From Nitrospirota bacterium (GTDB lineage Bacteria; Nitrospirota; UBA9217): a stretch of 64,000 nt of DNA. A program made the translations under genes and the position numbers. Every line of letters begins with the position of its first letter. The first letter of the stretch is position 1. The notes below the pieces were generated by a model, which saw only the letters and a program-made list of their open reading frames with translations, was not told where the DNA came from and searched no databases. Shown here piece by piece: positions 58,621 through 64,000 of this stretch. Location: NCBI GenBank assembly GCA_963741205.1, contig CAVUHW010000031.1, forward strand, positions 78,008-142,007, read 5' to 3'.

Positions 58621-58900
58621 TGGTGTAACGCATTCGCGTCCGCTGCTCCGGTTTTCGGCCTCCGCACCCTCGCAACACTTAGGAATTTCTCCGATGCCCG
58701 AAACAGGGTTTCCCCGATGGGGCGGGACCGGCGGCCTCCCACAAATGCGCTTGCCGATGGCACGTCTTATGACTAGTATAAGCTGTAATTCCCATTCGGT
58801 CACCGGGCAGTGACAACACGGGGCGCACGGGTCGAGGCGCGAGTCGTCTCCTCGGCGCAACGGCCGCGGCAGCATCGCCTCGGCTTGGTCTGCGGGTAGG

Positions 58901-60955
58901 GTGAAACTAATGATAGTGCAATCCGGCTTGATGACAATTCGAGAAACCAGCGGGGCCAACCGGGCAGTGGAGATGCGGGCGGCGCAAAGGCCGCCGGCCC
59001 GCGCCGTGCGCCTCACCCGCGAAGGCTGGCTGGAGCGCCTGTTCGCCCTGACGGCGGACGCCATTTTGGTGCACGGCCTGGACGGCCGGTTTGTTGACTG
59101 CAACCCCGCCGCCCACCGGATGCTGGGGTATACGCGCGCGGAAATCCTCACGCTGCACGAATGGGACCTCGTCACGAGCGCCTCGCGCGAGGAATTGCTC
59201 AGGCTCTGGGCGGAGATGCAGCGCGGTGTCCCGGTCGGCCTGGAACGCGCTTATCGCCGCAAGGATGGCACGCTGATTGTGGCCGACGTTCGGTTGACGC
59301 GGTTTGAATCCGCGGGCAGGGACTTAATCACGCTGAGTTGCCGTGACGTGACGCAACGCCGGCGCGGGGAAGAACCATCGCGCGGGAGCCAAAGAAACCT
59401 GGGCGAGGGCCAACGGCTGACTCCCACGGGGAGCTGGGCCTGGGATCCGGCAAACGACCAGACCTTCTGGTCGGCGGAAACATTCCGGATTTTCGGTTAT
59501 GAGGAATCCGCACCGTCGCCGCGTTTTCAGCAGGTGCTGCGGGAGCGGATTCACAGCGAGGATCGCAAGGGCGTCGAGGAAAAGCTGCAGGCGATTTTCC
59601 GGCAATGCCGGCCGTTGCAGTTCCATTTTCGCCTGGTGGTTCCCGATGGCGTGACCAAACACATCGAGTGCACCGGACGACCCCTGACGGCTGAAGATGG
59701 CGCGGTGCAGAAGCTGGCCGGCACGGTGACGGACGTGAGCGAGTGGAAGCGCGCCGAGGAAGCGTTGCGCGCCTCCGAGCAATTGGCGCGCGGCCAGGTC
59801 GAGGCGCTGCGGCAAGCGCTGGACGCGCTGGCGGAGGAGTCCGCCCTGGACAAGCTGCTGGGGCGCATCCTGCGCGTCATGAGCCGGCGCATGGGCGCGG
59901 CCGGCGTGAGCCTTTGGTTGCGAGACGAAACGACCGAGCTGCCGGTGTTCCACCTTTCTTTTGAAAATGGCCAGCTTTGCACCCGGCCCGATGCCAACCA
60001 CCCGGTCCGGGAGAACCCGGCGTATTGGCAGGAAAACCCCATGGGACGGGAACTGCTGCTCACGAAGCGGGCGGTAGTGTGCGAGGATGTGGAGCAGGAC
60101 GCGCGACTCGGAGCGCAGCGTGAGTATTTGATGGCGCAGGGCATCCGGACGGTGCTGGCTGTCCCCCTCCTGCTGGCCGGACGGGTCATCGGCCTGGTGA
60201 GCATCCGGTGCACCCGACCGCGCAAGTATCGGGCCGAGGAGATCGAATTGGCCCAGGCGCTGGCCCATCAGGCGACGCTGGCGATCCAACTGACACGGCT
60301 CGCGGAGCAAAGCCGGCAGGCGGCCGTGCTGGAGGAGCGCAACCGGATGGCCCGCGAAATACATGACACCCTGGCGCAAGGGTTCACGGGCATCATCGTG
60401 CAATTGGAAGCGGCGGAGGACGCGACACTGCGCGGCAAGGCGGTCGAGGCCGGCAAGCATCTCCGCCGGGTGAGCAAGCTGGCGCGCGAGGGTCTGGCCG
60501 AGGCGCGGCGGTCGGTGCAAGCCCTGCGCCCACAGGCCTTGGAGGATCGAAACCTGCTTGCGGCCCTGGATCGGCTAATCCATCAAATGACGCCCGGCTC
60601 GGGGCTGCGGGCCGAGTTGGGCTATGTGGGGCCGCCGCGGCCATTGGCGCCTGCGTTGGAGGAAAGTCTCCTGCGCATCGGCCAGGAGGCCCTGACCAAC
60701 ACACTCAAACACGCCGGCGCAGACCGCTTTTGCGTGCGGCTGGTTTTCGGGCCGAGCGAGGTGAGTTTGGAGGTTAGTGACAACGGGCGTGGCTTCGACC
60801 CCTCGCGCACGAACGGCGGGTTTGGGTTGACGGGGATGAAGGAGCGAGTGTCACACCTGGGCGGCCAATTGACCATCGAGAGCGCCCCCGGGCAGGGCAC
60901 CCGGATTCTCGTGGCTTTGCCCGATAGCGCAAGGTCGGAAGCGGCAGAGATATGA
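58901..60955 (+). CDS. Cytoplasmic PAS-PAS-GAF sensor histidine kinase (HisKA_3 type; start uncertain)
   Basis: H-box EERNRMAREIHDTLAQG, QEALTN, DNGRGF, GFGLTGM. Confidence 0.92.
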   Translation: MKLMIVQSGLMTIRETSGANRAVEMRAAQRPPARAVRLTREGWLERLFALTADAILVHGLDGRFVDCNPAAHRMLGYTRAEILTLHEWDLVTSASREELLRLWAEMQRGVPVGLERAYRRKDGTLIVADVRLTRFESAGRDLITLSCRDVTQRRRGEEPSRGSQRNLGEGQRLTPTGSWAWDPANDQTFWSAETFRIFGYEESAPSPRFQQVLRERIHSEDRKGVEEKLQAIFRQCRPLQFHFRLVVPDGVTKHIECTGRPLTAEDGAVQKLAGTVTDVSEWKRAEEALRASEQLARGQVEALRQALDALAEESALDKLLGRILRVMSRRMGAAGVSLWLRDETTELPVFHLSFENGQLCTRPDANHPVRENPAYWQENPMGRELLLTKRAVVCEDVEQDARLGAQREYLMAQGIRTVLAVPLLLAGRVIGLVSIRCTRPRKYRAEEIELAQALAHQATLAIQLTRLAEQSRQAAVLEERNRMAREIHDTLAQGFTGIIVQLEAAEDATLRGKAVEAGKHLRRVSKLAREGLAEARRSVQALRPQALEDRNLLAALDRLIHQMTPGSGLRAELGYVGPPRPLAPALEESLLRIGQEALTNTLKHAGADRFCVRLVFGPSEVSLEVSDNGRGFDPSRTNGGFGLTGMKERVSHLGGQLTIESAPGQGTRILVALPDSARSEAAEI

Positions 60956-61043
60956 GGGCTGCCTCCAAACCGCAGGTTAAGGGCCCAGCCGCGCCACGCA
61001 CCACCCACGCATCTGGCGGACGCAAGCAAACGGGCGGCTGGCG

Positions 61044-61168
61044 CTCCCTCTCCTCCTTTGGAGGAGAGGGTTGGGGAGAGGAGGCCCGTCACCGGTCTCG
61101 ACACTGCGGTTCGTGAGCACAATCGACCTCCTCTCCCTGGCCCCACTCCTCCAAAGGAGGAGAGGGAA
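61044..61168. repeat. Inverted pair of CCCTCTCC...GGAGAGGG palindromes
   Basis: CTCCCTCTCCTCCTTTGGAGGAGAGGG ... CTCCTCCAAAGGAGGAGAGGG. Confidence 0.75.
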
Positions 61169-61224
61169 AGGGCGCCGCGGCTAGTGAGCGCCGATCTGCG
61201 GGTAAGGAGCAGGCCGCGCCCGCC

Positions 61225-61878
61225 ATGCCCGGCGGGGCCGCGCGCCCGGGTGCTCGGGCGGCCAGGATTCGTGTGCTCATCGCGGACGACCACACCGTGG
61301 TGCGGGAGGGATTGGCGGCGATTATCGGGCGCCAGCCGGACATGCAGGTGGTGGCCGAGGCCAACAACGGGCGGGAAGCGGTGGCGCTGTGGAAACAACA
61401 TAGACCGGACGTGACGCTGCTTGACCTGCGGATGCCGGAGTTGGACGGGGCCGGTGCGATGGTGGAGATTCGGACCGAGGACGCTTCCGCGCGGGTGATC
61501 ATCCTGACGACGTATGACAGCGACGAGGACATTTACCGGGGAATGCAAGCGGGGGCAAGGGCCTATCTGCTCAAAGATGCGCGCCGCGAGGACTTGGTGG
61601 AATGCATTCGGCGGGTCAGAGCCGGCGGCGTTTTCGTGCCGCCGGAGATCGCGGCCAAGCTGGCGGAACGGGTGGGCGGTGAAGATTTGACGCCGCGGGA
61701 GATCGAAGTGTTGCGGCTGCTGGCTGGGGGCAAGAGCAACAAGGAAATCGGCGGGAGCCTGTTCATCAGCGAGGCCACGGTAAAGTCCCACATGAAGAGC
61801 ATCTTCGCCAAGCTCAGCGTGCTCAGCCGGACGGAGGCGATCGCCGCGGCCAGCCGCCGCGGTCTCATCCGGCTTTAG
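61225..61878 (+). CDS. NarL/LuxR-family response regulator
   Basis: LIADDH, LLDLRMP, YLLKD, LTPREIEVL..SNKEI..TVKSH. Confidence 0.95.
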   Translation: MPGGAARPGARAARIRVLIADDHTVVREGLAAIIGRQPDMQVVAEANNGREAVALWKQHRPDVTLLDLRMPELDGAGAMVEIRTEDASARVIILTTYDSDEDIYRGMQAGARAYLLKDARREDLVECIRRVRAGGVFVPPEIAAKLAERVGGEDLTPREIEVLRLLAGGKSNKEIGGSLFISEATVKSHMKSIFAKLSVLSRTEAIAAASRRGLIRL

Positions 61879-62056
61879 CCCGGGCCCCGCCCTCCTTCGA
61901 AAGGGGGAGCCGCCGCCCCTCCTCCTGGGGGGGCAAAAAATCCTTCCTTTGATTCTTAGCGGAAAGCCAGCCCGTGGGGTTAATTACTGCGCTTATGGTG
62001 ATAACAACAGAACGCAATAAACTCAAGTCAACGCACGTTAATTGTTAAAGGATCAT

Positions 62057-64000
62057 ATGAAAATGAATTTGCTAAGAATGACCTGCGGCCTGGCATTCGT
62101 CCTGGCCGCTCACACCGTTTCTGGCGTTTCGGGTTACGTGAGCCGCGTACCCAACGGCAGTGTCAATAGCTGCTCGACTTGCCACGCGGCCAGCGGTCCA
62201 CCGGCGCTGAATCCGTTCGGCAGCGCCTTCCTGGCGAACAACTTCGTTTGGAATGCCGCGCTGGCGGCACAGAACTCTGACGGCGACGCCTACTCCAATG
62301 GCCAGGAACTGGGCGACCCCAACGGGGACGGCACGCCGATCCCGGGCGCTTCGGTCAGCAATCCTGGCGATGCATCCTCCGATACCAACGCTCACCCCGC
62401 CCAACATCAGCCTCAGCAGCCCCGCCAACGGGGCGAGCTTCTCCCCGCCGTTCACCGGCCCGATCACGGCCACTTCGACGCGGCCAGCGGAGGCCATCGT
62501 CGCCGTCCAGTTCTTCTCGGGCACGACCTTGCTGGGGACGGACACCGCGACGCCGTATTCCCAGGCGGTGAACCTGGCGGCGGGAGGCTACACCTTCACC
62601 GCCCGGGCGATTGATTATCTGGGGGCCTCGAACACCTCCGCCGCCGTCACGATTACTGTCGCTGCCGCCGCGGTGCCACCGGCCATCGTCACCCCGCCCG
62701 CCAGCCAGACGGTGTTTGCGGGTGCCAACGTCAACTTCACCGTCTCGGCCAGCGGCACTCCCCCCCTCAGCTACCAATGGCAGAGGAACACCGTGAACAT
62801 TGCCGGGGCCACCACTTCCAGCCTTGCCTTAACCAACGTGACCGACCGCCCAAGCGGGCAGCTACCGGGTCGTCGTCACCAACACCGCCGGTTCCGTCAC
62901 GAGCGCCGCGGCGACGCTGACCGTCAATGCCGGCGCCGACTGCTCCAACCATAACCATGCAACCAGTCAGCCAGACCGTGAATGCCGGCGCCAATGTCAG
63001 CTTCACCGTCGCTGCCTCGGGCACTGCTCCCCTCAGTTACCAATGGCGAAGGAATACGGTGCCGATCCCCGGCGCGACTGGCACCGCGCTCAATTTGGCT
63101 GCGGTCACCACCGCCAACGCCGGCAGTTACAGCGCTCGTCGTCACCAACGCCGCCGGCTCGGCCACCAGCGCCACCGCCACGTTAACGGTGACGCAAACG
63201 GCGGTGATCGTCAGCATCACCAGCCCAACCAATGGGGCGACCTTCACCGCGCCGGCCACCTTCCCGCTCACGGCCAGCGCCACGCCCGCGGCGAGCATAA
63301 CCCGGGTTGACTTCTTCCAGGGCTCGACACTGCTCGGCAGCCTGAACGCCGCGCCTTACACCTTCAACGTGATCAACCTGGGCGCGGGCAATTACACCTA
63401 CACGGCCCGGGCGGTCAGTTCGTCCGGGCACCACGACCTCAGCCCCGGTGAACATTACTGTGACCGGGCCGCGCCGCCAGCACCGGCCCGCCAGTGGTCA
63501 CCGTCACTGCCCCTGACCCCAATGCCTCCGAAGCGGGACCGGATCCGGGCACCTTCCAGGTGGCGCGCACCGGGCCCACGACCGATGCCGCTCACGGTCT
63601 ACTACCTGCTCGGCGGCACTGCCGTCAACGGACAGGACTACCAGATGATTCCCACTAACGTCACGATTGCCGCCAGCTCGGCGACCGCCGAGCATCACGA
63701 TCATGCCCATCCTGGACACGGACGAGCCTGGGGAAATCAGTGACACGGTTATCTTGCAGTTGACTGGGGCGCCCGCCGGCCAGCCGGCCTACACGATCGG
63801 ATCGCCCAGCAACGCCGTGGTGACGATCGTCGAGCTCATCATCGGGACTGGCAACCTGCCGCCCGTCGGTGCGGATCGTCTCCCCCAGGAACGGGTCCTC
63901 GTATCCCGCCCGCGCAACCATCGGCCTGGTGGCCAGGGCCAGCGATCCGGACGGGACCGTGGCTAGCGTGCAGTTTTATGCCGGGCATGAACCTTCTGGG
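62057..64000 (+). CDS. Large secreted protein: temptin-like CxxCH domain, Big/Ig domains and Calx-beta-like domain; runs off the window (apparent frameshifts)
   Basis: Signal peptide; SRVPNG..CSTCH..NPFG..SDGDAYSNGQELGDP; SSPANGA..VQFFSG; GTPPLSYQW; LTVYYLLGGTAVNGQDY. Confidence 0.8.

Overview
Most of this window (1 to ~55,650) is GC-rich bacterial chromosome. Gene order and repeat types suggest a Nitrospirota/Desulfobacterota-like organism (inference). Many genes carry single-base frameshifts that look like uncorrected long-read indels. In order: a degenerate OmpA/MotB-like gene, aspC, a holin-like gene plus cbiMQO, an output-less TM-GAF-PAS sensor, lptCAB-rpoN-hpf-ptsN-hprK-rapZ-PTS(Man IIA-D)-ptsH-ptsI, and cobD. 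Next is a lower-GC islet (~19.3-24.2 kb) with a consensus sigma-54 promoter, two large beta-rich lipoproteins and a tRNA-fMet 3'-half att-like scar. Three small ORFs follow, including a 46-aa YxGPDRR/DRR-repeat microprotein missing from the ORF track. Then come alr-mlaEFD, galU, lon, thiL, a GT2/DUF2304/GT-C block, and a convergent methyltransferase-rich polysaccharide cluster. At ~55,650 a PIN-like ORF is cut and joined to the middle of a cusA gene. The higher-GC DNA beyond it (cusA fragment, PAS-PAS-GAF kinase, NarL-type regulator, temptin-like CxxCH/Ig/Calx-beta protein) looks like a different organism, probably Verrucomicrobia-like, so this is either a chimeric join or a transfer. Intergenic gaps hold several classes of short palindromic elements. 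No CRISPR array, rRNA, intact tRNA, integrase or transposase was seen.
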